From contig JBIKWQ010000035.1 of assembly GCA_044356215.1 (NCBI GenBank), positions 1 to 31,800 on the forward strand: a stretch of DNA of 31,800 nt, read 5' to 3'. This DNA comes from Bdellovibrionota bacterium. GTDB lineage: Bacteria; Bdellovibrionota_C; UBA2361; OMII01. The position numbers and the translations under genes were made by a program. Within the stretch, counting starts at the first letter, position 1, and each line of letters starts with the position of its first letter. Positions 10,165 to 20,179 of the stretch are shown piece after piece. The notes under the pieces were generated by a model. That model did no database searches. It saw only the letters and a list, made by a program, of their open reading frames with translations, and was not told the DNA's origin.

Positions 10165-13100
10165 TTACACGGCAGCTAGAGCAAAAGCAGCATAATTCAA
10201 AAGATTAGCGCGGTAAAATCGATCTAATCCAAACGGCTTAGTCAGTCCTATAATTGACCAATAGATCGGGTCAGGCAGGTAATAATCGGGAACTTGCTCG
10301 ACTATACTTAGGAGAGCCAGAGTCCTTTCGGCGATTGGCAGATCCCTCACTTTAGCTAACTCACTCTTAAGCGTCTGCTCATTTTTCGTGAAGGCGTCGC
10401 CCATGATCCCCTTTAGCCCCGCGGATAACAGCGCTTCATTTAAGACTGAGCTACTTAGGCCAAGCGTGAGGCGGATGAAGTTCTTGGTGTCAGACTTGGT
10501 GAACTTAAAAAGAGACCCTGTGTCGATTATAGTGATAGATTCATCTGGCGAAACGAATTGGTTGCCTTGGTGTAGATCGGCTAACGATACTCCGTTCCTT
10601 AACAATCTTAAGAATAAACTTTGATTAGTTCGGGCAATGTTACCCTCATTTCCAGGATTTGATCTTAAGTGGGTTTGCATCGGATCTCCCGATGCCATAT
10701 CTTCAACGATGATGTTATCATCGCAGTATGAATGATGAAGCAAAGGTGTTCCGACCTTGCCGGGGAGCCCTATGCGAGCCAAAACCTCGACTAATTCACC
10801 GGCGTTTTTAATTTCAGTCTTGAGATCTAGTTCGTTTATGATTGCGCTCTTCACCCTCTGGTCTATCGCTGGGAACGTTTTTATTTGAAACAAGTCAGTG
10901 AGAAGGGGTTTGCACCTGTTATATATTCGAGATATCTCAAGCGCAGCTACCTCTACATCCTTATTCGCTGTAACGTTGCGTACTTTTAGAGCCTTCTCTC
11001 CTTCAGGGAAGGTCGCTTTATAAACCGACTTAATTGATGCTGCTCCCAAGGTCCCTTGAATCGTTGGATTCGCGCGCCTCACCGCGCTGTTTCGAACTAT
11101 CGCCTTCATACCATCTAAGATAGACATAGTTGGCGCGCTTGATTTGCAACTTTCTGCCGCCTGATAAAGTTTCGGTAAAGCCTTGCGTATCTCTGGTCTA
11201 CTCGCGAGGATCTGTAAGCCTTTAATCATCGCGGGGCTGTGAGCGGCCATAAAATGCGCGATGAACTCCTCAGGCGCCTTGTTGGTGTCACTTGCCGCGA
11301 GCTCGACCAATTTATTAATAAGGATCTCTCTTCGATAGAGACCGCTTTCTGCTATGGTTGCTTTGATGCATTCGCGGACGAAGACCTCGACATTCGGGGA
11401 TTTCTGGGGAGCGTCAGGCTTAACTTGAAAAGCCTTGTTTAAAACTTTATCGATTAAGTTGTTTAGCTCATCGAGATTTTCGCCGGATGCGAGACCATTG
11501 GCACCTAGGAATAGTTTCTTGATTGCCTCCGCGCGAGTTGAGGGATTGGCGCTTATTGAGACCAGCTCATCTAATTTCACGAGTATACCTCTTTCGGTGT
11601 TAGTTATTACGATTGGTTTTGGGCCGCCTAGGAATAGCCACTCAACGACCTCTCTCTTATTTGAGTGAGACCACCCATCAATCGCGCTACCAAAAGTTCC
11701 ATCAAAGATGCTCTTATTTCGGGCGTAGCCTCGATTGGCGGCGCTTAAGTAAGGCGCGACATCTCTTGTAAACTCAGAGACCTTAAAGTCATGGTTCCGC
11801 AAGGCCTTCTCAAAGAGCTCGTCGCGCTCTTCGCTCGGGACTGGAAAGACAGCTTTAATAAAATCGCAGGCTGAGTTTATGTTGCTGCAGTCAGAAGAGA
11901 GATTGGCGTAGATGTGCTGGGCGAAGAAATGGCGTCGATGACTGTATTCGGTGAACAACCTAAGAAAGCTCTGAGCCTGTTCGCGATTATATACGGCAGA
12001 GTCGTTATTGAAGCGCGCGTACCATACCTTAGTTAGAATAAGGTCCCTAAATTCACAAGCGCGAGGTATGTGTTTATTCATCCAAGCAACTGTTTCATCA
12101 ATAGAGAGATTTCTAAGGTCAGCGAAGTCAGAGGTGTGTAAGTATTTGTAGAAGATAAAGTCTCGAATCTCGATGTCTCTCCCTACAAAATCGGTGATCA
12201 GCGATTCAGAGATAATATCTGGACGGCGCCTAAATTTAGTGGGCGAAGAATCAATCCAAAGCGATGAAGCCCTATCAAGAGTGTTGAAGAGATCCGTCGC
12301 AATCGCATGGATTATAGCGACTGAATTACCATGTCTCGCGGCGGCAAGCAGGTGGTCGGTTGGGATGTTGAGTGTGGGGTTTGCTGAAATGGGGGTGAAG
12401 GTGGCCTCACGTATAGCTGGAACTGGCACTCTCAAGATCCTCTCAAAAATTTCAGAGTCGTCTCTTTTCGTCTCTGACACCTCATCTTTTATAGAGACGG
12501 TGGGGATTACCCTATTCGAAATAGAGACGAACTGATTGTAAGAGTAGCTCGTAAGTTCAGGATGTATGGCCCGATAAATTTTATTCGACATTAACCAATC
12601 GGATGAATCGGTCATAGGAGCCAGATCTTTTAGCATCCGAACTGCTTCCTCTGCTGAACTAGGGGTTGGCTCGTACAAAATCCGGCCTGAGCTTGAGTAC
12701 TGTTCGACCCAAAATTTTTTAAGGTTAGCAGCCAGCTCTGATTCCTGCTCCTTTTCTAAGTTTAATATCTCTTGTTTTATGTGTGTACTAAGAGACTCGA
12801 GATGTACAGTAGGGGCTAAAAGCCTAAAAGCCGCTAATAAGTCAAGCCCGTGATTTAGTCTCCCAGCATAGATTGCGTCTGATGTAATGAATAAGGTTTT
12901 TTCCATAGGAACGTCTATGCACCCGTGCAATACCTGACGAATGTTTTCTGTGTCGAGGTGCTTGTCTGGGATATGGGACGTGCTTATGAGACCTTTTAGA
13001 TTGCGCAATAGGATTCCTTGAGTGAATTGATGAGCAAATAGCTTATCCGCTCGCGGGCCAGGCGCTTGCTGGTAGTAATTGAGAATCGTCCCCTCAGAGC

Positions 13101-14682
13101 CGAGTTCCTCTAGTAGACCTGGCATAACCTTTGGTGATATGTCTGCAAGCCAAGCAGAATTTTGGAGCGCAAGGCACCTAACGCCAAAAACACGGTGCGC
13201 TTCCCTTAACAATGCCAATACCTCAGGTTTCTGAACGGAGCTTGCAATAAGTATAGTCTCACTCGTTAAACGACCCAGATTCAGGTAGAATTGCATCAGA
13301 GCATGTTCATTTGAAACGCACCCGGCCGCCCCGAGACTAGTCAGATCTTTTAAGGCAGGTAGTGAAATAAGGCTTTGTAAGAGGTCATTTGATTGGATGT
13401 GCATGTTAATCTGAGGAGATCGTCTATTTTCATGCATCCTATTTTCATGCATCCTATCTTGGTTAGAATTGGCGACGTTATAAAGGTAATCCACTTCCCG
13501 ATCCCGCGCTGCTAATACCTTTGCCAAAGACTCAACGGCCGCAACTATTGGGGTGTGTTCAGCGTGGTTGGCAGGTAGATGCTCCAACAGATTTTTTTGT
13601 GCCGCTCTTAGAGATCTATCAAAATGCGCGGCTATTAGCTTCGACGTAATACCCGGATATAGCTCTGTGACTTCCTTCTCATAAAGCTTGAATCTCTCCA
13701 CTTGATCTTTTGGGATTTCAATTGCGGGGCCGTAAGACAGTCCGCTCGGATCTACGGTCGGAGTTTTTATAAATTTGGCAACTCCGTCCATGGCAACTCT
13801 TTTCGTCCTGTAGAGCTGATCCTCCAAAGATCGCCGCAAGGCCTCCTGAAATAGTGCAACCATATTCTGAATAGGGTCGCCTGCTATGTAACTTCCGTTG
13901 GCAGTTTCAGGTGCATCGAGAGCGGTTTCAATCGGGGTCTTTCCGCTGATTTGAGACTTTTGAAGTTCCGTAAAAGTGTTTCTAGAGGTCTCTGAGTAAT
14001 TACTCCAGTAGTTGTTATTACGTATCGCTTCTAATTCGGCATTTCTTGTATGTGGATGCGGGTGTGTTGATAGGATGCCTAAGTCATGTGACTTGGTCGG
14101 TTCAGGATCGTTTAAAAATGATAGATCGCCAAAGCGCACATTAAAGCCCGCGATATCCATCAGTAAAAGAGCGTCACGATCACACTGGTTTTCCATATCG
14201 AGAGTTCCGAACCTAGATCTCTTCTCCTCCAATGACAGGAGACTGGATTTTTCGTAGAGAGTGTGCGCTATCTCATGAGCGATAACAGTAGCGACGGTAT
14301 CCCAGTTCGCGAAATTAGGTTTGTCGCTCAGGCAACGAAGTAGGCCGAGATTAACTAATATGATCTTCTTAGAGACGATCGTGCATGCATTGATCGATAG
14401 ATCTTCAGCAAGATAAGTCGCGAAATCAGCTCCTTTAAGGATAGATTGGTACTCTTGCATACGTTGTAGTTCATCTGGACGGAGATCTCCAAAGTCGGCG
14501 TTAATAAACGAGCTGACGAGGGTATTAGTGATAGTTTGGAGCTTCGCAGTAAGCTCAGGACGAATGGCAACTTCGATATTAAGCTCGTTAAGAAAGCTTA
14601 TATCTTGACTCTGTCTAGATTGAGTCCCGGTACTCCTGCTTTGCGGAGAGGAGTTTATTTGCGACTTAATTTCGGTTGCCAT
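10165..14682 (-). CDS. Large hypothetical protein: N-terminal M48-like Zn metallopeptidase and C-terminal ABC1/UbiB atypical kinase domain
   Basis: VIAHEIAH...ENQCDRDALLLM..AGF...LSTHP (M48); KGLQILASR, LGAASIKSVYKA, ALKV, ELDLKTE, ADLHQGN, IIDTG (ABC1). Confidence 0.75.
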   Translation of the reverse strand: MATEIKSQINSSPQSRSTGTQSRQSQDISFLNELNIEVAIRPELTAKLQTITNTLVSSFINADFGDLRPDELQRMQEYQSILKGADFATYLAEDLSINACTIVSKKIILVNLGLLRCLSDKPNFANWDTVATVIAHEIAHTLYEKSSLLSLEEKRSRFGTLDMENQCDRDALLLMDIAGFNVRFGDLSFLNDPEPTKSHDLGILSTHPHPHTRNAELEAIRNNNYWSNYSETSRNTFTELQKSQISGKTPIETALDAPETANGSYIAGDPIQNMVALFQEALRRSLEDQLYRTKRVAMDGVAKFIKTPTVDPSGLSYGPAIEIPKDQVERFKLYEKEVTELYPGITSKLIAAHFDRSLRAAQKNLLEHLPANHAEHTPIVAAVESLAKVLAARDREVDYLYNVANSNQDRMHENRMHENRRSPQINMHIQSNDLLQSLISLPALKDLTSLGAAGCVSNEHALMQFYLNLGRLTSETILIASSVQKPEVLALLREAHRVFGVRCLALQNSAWLADISPKVMPGLLEELGSEGTILNYYQQAPGPRADKLFAHQFTQGILLRNLKGLISTSHIPDKHLDTENIRQVLHGCIDVPMEKTLFITSDAIYAGRLNHGLDLLAAFRLLAPTVHLESLSTHIKQEILNLEKEQESELAANLKKFWVEQYSSSGRILYEPTPSSAEEAVRMLKDLAPMTDSSDWLMSNKIYRAIHPELTSYSYNQFVSISNRVIPTVSIKDEVSETKRDDSEIFERILRVPVPAIREATFTPISANPTLNIPTDHLLAAARHGNSVAIIHAIATDLFNTLDRASSLWIDSSPTKFRRRPDIISESLITDFVGRDIEIRDFIFYKYLHTSDFADLRNLSIDETVAWMNKHIPRACEFRDLILTKVWYARFNNDSAVYNREQAQSFLRLFTEYSHRRHFFAQHIYANLSSDCSNINSACDFIKAVFPVPSEERDELFEKALRNHDFKVSEFTRDVAPYLSAANRGYARNKSIFDGTFGSAIDGWSHSNKREVVEWLFLGGPKPIVITNTERGILVKLDELVSISANPSTRAEAIKKLFLGANGLASGENLDELNNLIDKVLNKAFQVKPDAPQKSPNVEVFVRECIKATIAESGLYRREILINKLVELAASDTNKAPEEFIAHFMAAHSPAMIKGLQILASRPEIRKALPKLYQAAESCKSSAPTMSILDGMKAIVRNSAVRRANPTIQGTLGAASIKSVYKATFPEGEKALKVRNVTANKDVEVAALEISRIYNRCKPLLTDLFQIKTFPAIDQRVKSAIINELDLKTEIKNAGELVEVLARIGLPGKVGTPLLHHSYCDDNIIVEDMASGDPMQTHLRSNPGNEGNIARTNQSLFLRLLRNGVSLADLHQGNQFVSPDESITIIDTGSLFKFTKSDTKNFIRLTLGLSSSVLNEALLSAGLKGIMGDAFTKNEQTLKSELAKVRDLPIAERTLALLSIVEQVPDYYLPDPIYWSIIGLTKPFGLDRFYRANLLNYAAFALAAV
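13424..13457. repeat. 15-bp in-frame tandem repeat (2.3 copies)
   Basis: CTATTTTCATGCATC x2 + CTAT; encodes RMHEN-RMHEN-R in the 1505-aa protein. Confidence 0.9.
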
Positions 14683-14948
14683 TTTTCTCCAGAGGGAGCT
14701 CTCAAATTAAGCACAGAGATGCCCCTCTCTCTAGATCCGACCGAATGACTAAGATGTTTCAGGTTAATATTGAATTATTCCTCGGGCCAAAGCGTTGCGA
14801 TGATAGAAAGGTAGGGGAATCTCGCAAGCGGCGCTACGGATTAGCCTAACTGCGGAAGTTCAGATACTTACGAAAATGGGGTCGATGTTCCTTCGCACTT
14901 TTTCGTTTTTAGGTATCTCCTCTGTCTTTTAGGGGCATAACCCTATCA

Positions 14949-15032
14949 TATGACGAATTTGAATAGTCGAAATCGGGTAGAGCGAGGTCGGTATGATGAA
15001 TTTGAATAGTCAAAATCTGGTAGAGCGAAGTC
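14949..15032 (+). repeat. 41-bp imperfect tandem duplication (43-bp period) of a gene start
   Basis: 14949-14989 vs 14992-15032, 4 mismatches. Confidence 0.9.
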
Positions 15033-16192
15033 CTGTGGAATTAGGGTCATCGCAGGAACAGCGCCATGAGGCAATTTTCGATTTTTTTTTCGGCTGGAGA
15101 GAGGTTCCGTTGCCGCGAATGATCAACGAGGCGCTTGATCTGCTGGAGGGACATTCAACCATAATATTCGCTAACTACAATCCGGATCTCCGAATTAGTG
15201 AAGCTTACAATAAAACTGATCCCGACAGGCCGTTGTTTGAGGTTGCTTTTGATGAGTTGAGTAAAATTTCCTTCGCGAATGAAACCAGTATGCTTTGCAG
15301 GTTCAATCAATACTGGCTTCTAATTCCTCCAAATAGCTCCGTCGCTGACATTAAAGGTTTGCACAATGACTGTAGAGTTGGAAGACGGGAACTCCCAGAT
15401 CCGAAATCAGAATTCGAATTAGTAGATTCGGAGATGAGGAAAGGAAATCCTGCTTGGTTTGATTGCATCCTTAGTGAACACTTGAATTTCAGCACAGAGG
15501 CCCTTAAGGATTTACCCACGGGACGCTTTTTGGCTAGCGGAATTCCCGTAGGCTGTCATATTCCCGCTGCATTGGAAATAATCGGCCAGATTGCGAATGA
15601 GCGTGCATGCTCGGTAGTCATTTGCCAAAACGGAAGCTCTCTAGTTATTGAGCCCGAGCAGACTATAGCTGAGGTGGCATATGCATGGCAGACACACCAA
15701 GAGAACAAGGCGGCTAAAATTGAGAGAACGGCTGATGAACTTCGCGAACGTTTTTCAGATCTTGATATAGCAGCCAATCCGCTTGAGGCGCTGATCATGC
15801 TCGACCACATGATGAACCATTCTAGAGTGACGACCGGCGAACCCATTGTGGCGCCTTCAGATGTGGAGGAAAGATTTAATAACGCTGGGATAGTGCTGCC
15901 GAAACAATTCGCAGGGCAATGTCAGGTTGATTTTGGGGCAAACGAAGGAGAGTATGCTAAGTTTATCAATGATATTAAAGAATACAGGGAGAAACTGGAG
16001 CAGCATTTCAAAGAGGATGATTTTACGACCTGCCTAAAGGTGGCGACCGAGGCAGCACTCATCAATTATTTGCATTGTGCGGTAAACGAGATGGCCGTGT
16101 TCCCAACAGACATCCACCTGCATCCGCTCGTCGATAATTTCCCAAATAAAGCCGAGGCATTAAGGCGCTATTTGCTTATAAATGAGGGCTAG
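14993..16192 (+). CDS. Hypothetical protein
   Basis: 399-aa ORF, no motif recognised. Confidence 0.7.
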   Translation: MMNLNSQNLVERSPVELGSSQEQRHEAIFDFFFGWREVPLPRMINEALDLLEGHSTIIFANYNPDLRISEAYNKTDPDRPLFEVAFDELSKISFANETSMLCRFNQYWLLIPPNSSVADIKGLHNDCRVGRRELPDPKSEFELVDSEMRKGNPAWFDCILSEHLNFSTEALKDLPTGRFLASGIPVGCHIPAALEIIGQIANERACSVVICQNGSSLVIEPEQTIAEVAYAWQTHQENKAAKIERTADELRERFSDLDIAANPLEALIMLDHMMNHSRVTTGEPIVAPSDVEERFNNAGIVLPKQFAGQCQVDFGANEGEYAKFINDIKEYREKLEQHFKEDDFTTCLKVATEAALINYLHCAVNEMAVFPTDIHLHPLVDNFPNKAEALRRYLLINEG

Positions 16193-16223
16193 TATGTCGG
16201 CTTACCCGGTTATATTAGCCGCG

Positions 16224-16265
16224 CTCTCTTCACGAAGTGATTTCGAGATAGTTAACTTAAATCAG
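16224..16265 (+). pseudogene. Degenerate duplicate fragment of the rsmB 3' region
   Basis: 34/42 nt identical to 9963-10004; LSSRSDFEIVNLNQ vs LASRSDFEIVKLDQ. Confidence 0.75.
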
Positions 16266-16289
16266 GGGCTAGGAGGAGGAGATCTCTCC

Positions 16290-18512
16290 TCAACAATACC
16301 GCGGCGCCCCCGGTTCAAGCACCTCGTTGATTCTCTCCAGCAGAAAAGTGCACCGCTTTTTGGTTTGGGCACGTCTTGTGGCTATCGCTAGGGCACGCTT
16401 TGATCCGACTATTATTAAGAGCTTCTTGGCTCGGGTCACTCCTGTATAAATTAACTGACGCTCTAGCAGTGTAAAGTGTGATTCATCGAGCGCTAAAACC
16501 ACACACGGCACCTCCATGCCTTGAGATCTGTGCACAGTGACTACGTATGCTAGAGATAGTTGCCCGACATCGGCGCGCTTGTAATCAATTAGTCGACCAT
16601 CCCACAGCTCAACAGTTAAGGATCCGTTCTCTGGATCAACTGATGTGACAACGCCTAGGTCGCCGTTAAAAACCCCGGCAGGATCGATCTTGTAGTTATT
16701 CGCTCTTTGACAAACCCTGTCCCCAACCCGGAAAGAGTTTTCGCCAAAATCTAGTATCGTCGCCGCTGTGTGTTGGCTGCGAGGGTTAAGCCGCTCTTGG
16801 AGCCTTTTATTAAGCTCCTGTGTTCCTAGTGGACCTCTGTTAGTTGGTGTTAGGACGGCTATATCAGATCCGGAGAATCCAAACTTTGAAGAGATCTGCT
16901 CAGCTATTAAGCTCTCAACGAGCCGCGCTGATTCCTCCATATCGCGACGCTCGATCATGTAGGCGTCGCTCTTTGTAATACCATCTGGAGATGGAATGTC
17001 AGGTACCTGCCCAACGTTTATCATGTGAGCTACTGTGTTTATCCGCGATTCAGCGCCGCGCCTAAATAGCTGTGAGAGCTGAATCGTTTTAACGTGCGGA
17101 CACCGAATTAGATCCCCAAAAACACGACCGGGTCCCACTGATGGTAGCTGATCCTTATCGCCAACTAAGATCAGTGTGCACTTTTCCGGAATCGCTAGAA
17201 ATAGATCTCTAGCTAGTAGGATATCGATCATTGAGGCTTCATCAACGATTAACGCGTCGAAATTAAGTTGATTTCTGGCGTTAAAGACGAAACCTTTATT
17301 CATCGGATCGTATTTAAGCAATCGATGAATCGTCGATGCTGGAGAGCCGCAGACCTGCGATAAACGTTGAGCCGCTTTGCCTGTTGGCGCGGCTAAAGCG
17401 AACGACAACCCGGATTTCTCAAAGAGCATCGTCAGCGCCTTTACCATCGTGGTCTTTCCACAACCAGGACCACCGGTGATAATCATTAGTTTGTAAGAGG
17501 TTGCTAACTCAACAGCGTATCGTTGCTCACCGGAGAGGGTAAGGCCCAATATCTTTTCAGCGTCAGCGATCGCGTCCTCAAGGTCCGAGCTAGCTTTTAA
17601 GCCAGTCCCCCCGGGAGTAACGCGCTCTGAGACGAACTTAGCGACAAAGCCCTCTGCGGAGTCAAACTTCTTAAGAAAGACCCCTCCGTTGTAAGATACC
17701 AATGCTTCTTTATTCAGTAATTCTTGGAGCTGCTCTGAAAGGTCTGGTGCTTGTTCTAATCCGAGTAGGAGATTGGCCCGCTCAAGCAAGGTGTTTTCAG
17801 GTAGGTAGCAGTGCCCATCATCCGAGGCGTTGTTTAGTGCGCAGTAGATCCCGGCCTGCAACCTAAGTGGTGAGTCTAGAGCTATCCCTAGATTTATAGC
17901 GATCGTATCAGCCGTTTGAAATCCGATCCCCCGTATATCACGCGCCAGCGCGTAAGGGTCCTTCTTTAATACCTCAAGGGTCTTGCCCTGATATCTTTGA
18001 TAGATCTTAGCGGCTAGATTAGGCGAGATCTGGTGCTCTACTAGAAAGCGTAGCGTCTGTTCGAATTCCCCCTGATTGGCTAGCGCCGAATGGAGTAGTT
18101 CGGCTCGTTTCTTGCCAACTCCAGCTAGCGCGGCGACCTTATCTGGCTCAGAACGGATCAGTTCTAGAGCCTGTGTTCCGAATTCCGCGACTATACGTTG
18201 TGCGGTTTTCTTGCCGACCCCTGAGATTAATCCGCTAGATAGGTAGTTCTCGATCCCTGACGCCGTTGAGGGCAGGGTTTCAGAGCAGGAGAGTATCTGA
18301 AACTGACGACCGAATTTGGAGTGGGTTACAAAGCTCCCTGTCAGCATGACCAGGGTACCGGCTTTAATCTGAGGACAGATGCCGACCGCCGTAACCCGGT
18401 CTCTGCTCTCCTCGAGATTTATTTGGAGTACTGAATAGCCGTTCTCGAGGTTCCTGAAGGTAACCCGGTCTACCGTACCCCTTATAATCTCATGAGCGGA
18501 CGCATCACTCAT
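16290..18512 (-). CDS. recD2: ATP-dependent RecD-like (RecD2) SF1B DNA helicase
   Basis: ITGGPGCGKTT, LAAPTGKAAQR, STIHRLL, IVDEASMID, VGDKDQLPSVGPG, TVHRSQG, YTGVTRAK; RecD2-type N-terminus; start placed at ATG 18512 (ORF extends to 18593). Confidence 0.93.
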   Translation of the reverse strand: MSDASAHEIIRGTVDRVTFRNLENGYSVLQINLEESRDRVTAVGICPQIKAGTLVMLTGSFVTHSKFGRQFQILSCSETLPSTASGIENYLSSGLISGVGKKTAQRIVAEFGTQALELIRSEPDKVAALAGVGKKRAELLHSALANQGEFEQTLRFLVEHQISPNLAAKIYQRYQGKTLEVLKKDPYALARDIRGIGFQTADTIAINLGIALDSPLRLQAGIYCALNNASDDGHCYLPENTLLERANLLLGLEQAPDLSEQLQELLNKEALVSYNGGVFLKKFDSAEGFVAKFVSERVTPGGTGLKASSDLEDAIADAEKILGLTLSGEQRYAVELATSYKLMIITGGPGCGKTTMVKALTMLFEKSGLSFALAAPTGKAAQRLSQVCGSPASTIHRLLKYDPMNKGFVFNARNQLNFDALIVDEASMIDILLARDLFLAIPEKCTLILVGDKDQLPSVGPGRVFGDLIRCPHVKTIQLSQLFRRGAESRINTVAHMINVGQVPDIPSPDGITKSDAYMIERRDMEESARLVESLIAEQISSKFGFSGSDIAVLTPTNRGPLGTQELNKRLQERLNPRSQHTAATILDFGENSFRVGDRVCQRANNYKIDPAGVFNGDLGVVTSVDPENGSLTVELWDGRLIDYKRADVGQLSLAYVVTVHRSQGMEVPCVVLALDESHFTLLERQLIYTGVTRAKKLLIIVGSKRALAIATRRAQTKKRCTFLLERINEVLEPGAPRYC

Positions 18513-18657
18513 GGTTGGGTGCTCCGGAGTAATCTGATATAAGCTCTTATTGCCATATTCTTGCGGGTTTAAGGGCCAGCCAAGCTCAGTCAAGGGCTGG
18601 GTAAAGGGTACCAGAGTAGCTCGATAAAAACCAACGTCCTCTTTTCACCACAAAAGC

Positions 18658-18686
18658 TTGATCTGATTCACTAGTTAGCCTAAACT
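18658..18686 (+). promoter_or_regulatory. Sigma70-type promoter of tRNA-Lys
   Basis: TTGATC-17 nt-TAAACT followed by a GC-rich discriminator-like ACCGCCGC, 17 nt before the tRNA. Confidence 0.6.
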
Positions 18687-18703
18687 ACCGCCGCTTTCGA
18701 TGT

Positions 18704-18779
18704 GCGCTAGTAGCTCAGTTGGTAGAGCAGGAGACTCTTAATCTCTTGGTCGGGGGTTCGACTCCCTCCTGGCGCACCA
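18704..18779 (+). tRNA. tRNA-Lys (anticodon CTT)
   Basis: 76 nt; acceptor stem GCGCTAG/CTGGCGC, D-arm TAGCTCAGTTGGTAGAGC, anticodon arm GGAGA-CTCTTAA-TCTCT, GGTTCGACTCC, encoded CCA. Confidence 0.97.
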
Positions 18780-18845
18780 ATTTTCTTATCGGGTCGGTTC
18801 TGGATCTGATCGTAGCTCAATATTAACACGGTAAACTATTTTCAG

Positions 18846-19934
18846 ATGGCAAAGATTTTTACGATCTTGGTCGTTCTTCTGTTGTCTTGTCAGGCAGCCA
18901 TGGCCCAAGAGCCGACTGTGAGGGTGGGTTTGTTAGCCTCATTATCTGGCAACTGGGCAGAGATAGGACAAAACCTTCAGCGGGGAGCCAAGCTGGCGGT
19001 AGAGGAATTGAACAGTCAGGGTGGGGTGCTCGGCAAGGAGTTGTCGCTGGTAGTCCAAGATACCGACGAAGAGAAATCTGGTGCCAAAGTAGTAAGTTCA
19101 TATCGCTACTTAAGGCAAACAGGCATTAACTTTTTTGTTGGCCCAACAGGAGTTCCAGGAATTATGGCTCTGACTCCGATAGCGAAGCAGGACGATATGA
19201 TATTGCTGGCGCCTACCTCGACTAATTCTTTCTATAAGAGCTCCCCTAAATTTTTTAATTCTAGTGGTGACAATTTCTTAACTACCGCGGCAGCGGCGAA
19301 GCTAGCCTATGACAGCGGAGTTCGGAGAGTCGCGATCTTTGGAAGTTTGCAACCTTGGGAGAGCGATCAAGCGGCGATTTTTAAGAGCGAGTTCTCTCGA
19401 ATGGGAGGTTTGATAGTAGCCGAGGAGTATCCTCCGGCCGATCAAACGGATCACCGAATTGAGGCTTTGCGAATAGTTAAGAGCAATCCAGATGGTGTGT
19501 TTTTCGCTATATTTAATCAGATTGCCAGCGCTTCTAGGGCTCTTAAAATTAATGGGTTCAAGGGAAGGAAATACGCGGCGATTATTGATAAGGCCCATAT
19601 AGAGGCGAGTGCCGGATCTCTAGAGGGAACGGAGATCTATCTTTTCAATCCACCTGGAGCTAACTTCGTCGATAAATTTCATAGGAAGTATGATCAGCCT
19701 CCCGGGGTCTTTTCGGACTCCGCCTATGACGCGGTCCTTTCATTGGGGCTGGCGATCAATCAAGCCAAGAGCCTCGACCGCGAGCGCGTAATCTCAGAGC
19801 TTGGCAAGCTGAGCTTTATTGGTAGCAGCGGCGAGTTAGTTAGGTACGACAGCGACGGGCTTTTGGCGCGAGGGATCTCCAGGTATCGAGTAGTCAATGA
19901 CTCGCCAATTCTAGTAGAACCCTCGCGACAATAG
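18846..19934 (+). CDS. LivJ/LivK-like ABC transporter substrate-binding protein (orphan)
   Basis: Signal peptide; VRVGLLASLSG..A..G...RGAKLAVEELNSQGGVLGKEL.LVVQDT; AYDAV near C-terminus. Confidence 0.88.
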   Translation: MAKIFTILVVLLLSCQAAMAQEPTVRVGLLASLSGNWAEIGQNLQRGAKLAVEELNSQGGVLGKELSLVVQDTDEEKSGAKVVSSYRYLRQTGINFFVGPTGVPGIMALTPIAKQDDMILLAPTSTNSFYKSSPKFFNSSGDNFLTTAAAAKLAYDSGVRRVAIFGSLQPWESDQAAIFKSEFSRMGGLIVAEEYPPADQTDHRIEALRIVKSNPDGVFFAIFNQIASASRALKINGFKGRKYAAIIDKAHIEASAGSLEGTEIYLFNPPGANFVDKFHRKYDQPPGVFSDSAYDAVLSLGLAINQAKSLDRERVISELGKLSFIGSSGELVRYDSDGLLARGISRYRVVNDSPILVEPSRQ

Positions 19935-19956
19935 GGCTCGCGTGTTTATTGAATAA

Positions 19957-20130
19957 TCACGGTATCACGATCTCACCTCGCAGATACTCCTGAGCTCTGC
20001 CCTGCAGAAGAACTCGGTCTCCCTTTACTTGCAGCCGGAGCTCTCCGCCGCGTGGCGATGCTTGGTGAGCATGAAAAGAGGTCTTTGATAACTTGTTCCC
20101 CCAGATCCAGGCTAGAAAGCAGTGTGCTGT
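19957..20130 (-). pseudogene. C-terminal remnant of a PhzF-family isomerase
   Basis: AHCFLAWIWGNKLSK...HQASPRGGELRLQVKGDRVLLQGRA..YLRGEI resembles the PhzF C-terminus; N-terminal part missing. Confidence 0.7.
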
Positions 20131-20179
20131 GTGTATACGATTACTAGAACGAGTGCTCGGCGAGGCAGGTAAGTGACCT

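Noticed and set aside
16182..16391. 69-aa ORF as a real gene
   Set aside because: Contains the rsmB scar and overlaps the recD2 3' end antisense
18704..18779. tRNA-Lys as attachment site of an integrated element using the recombinase at 22988-24010
   Set aside because: No duplicate of the tRNA 3' end found by eye in the window; intervening genes look metabolic
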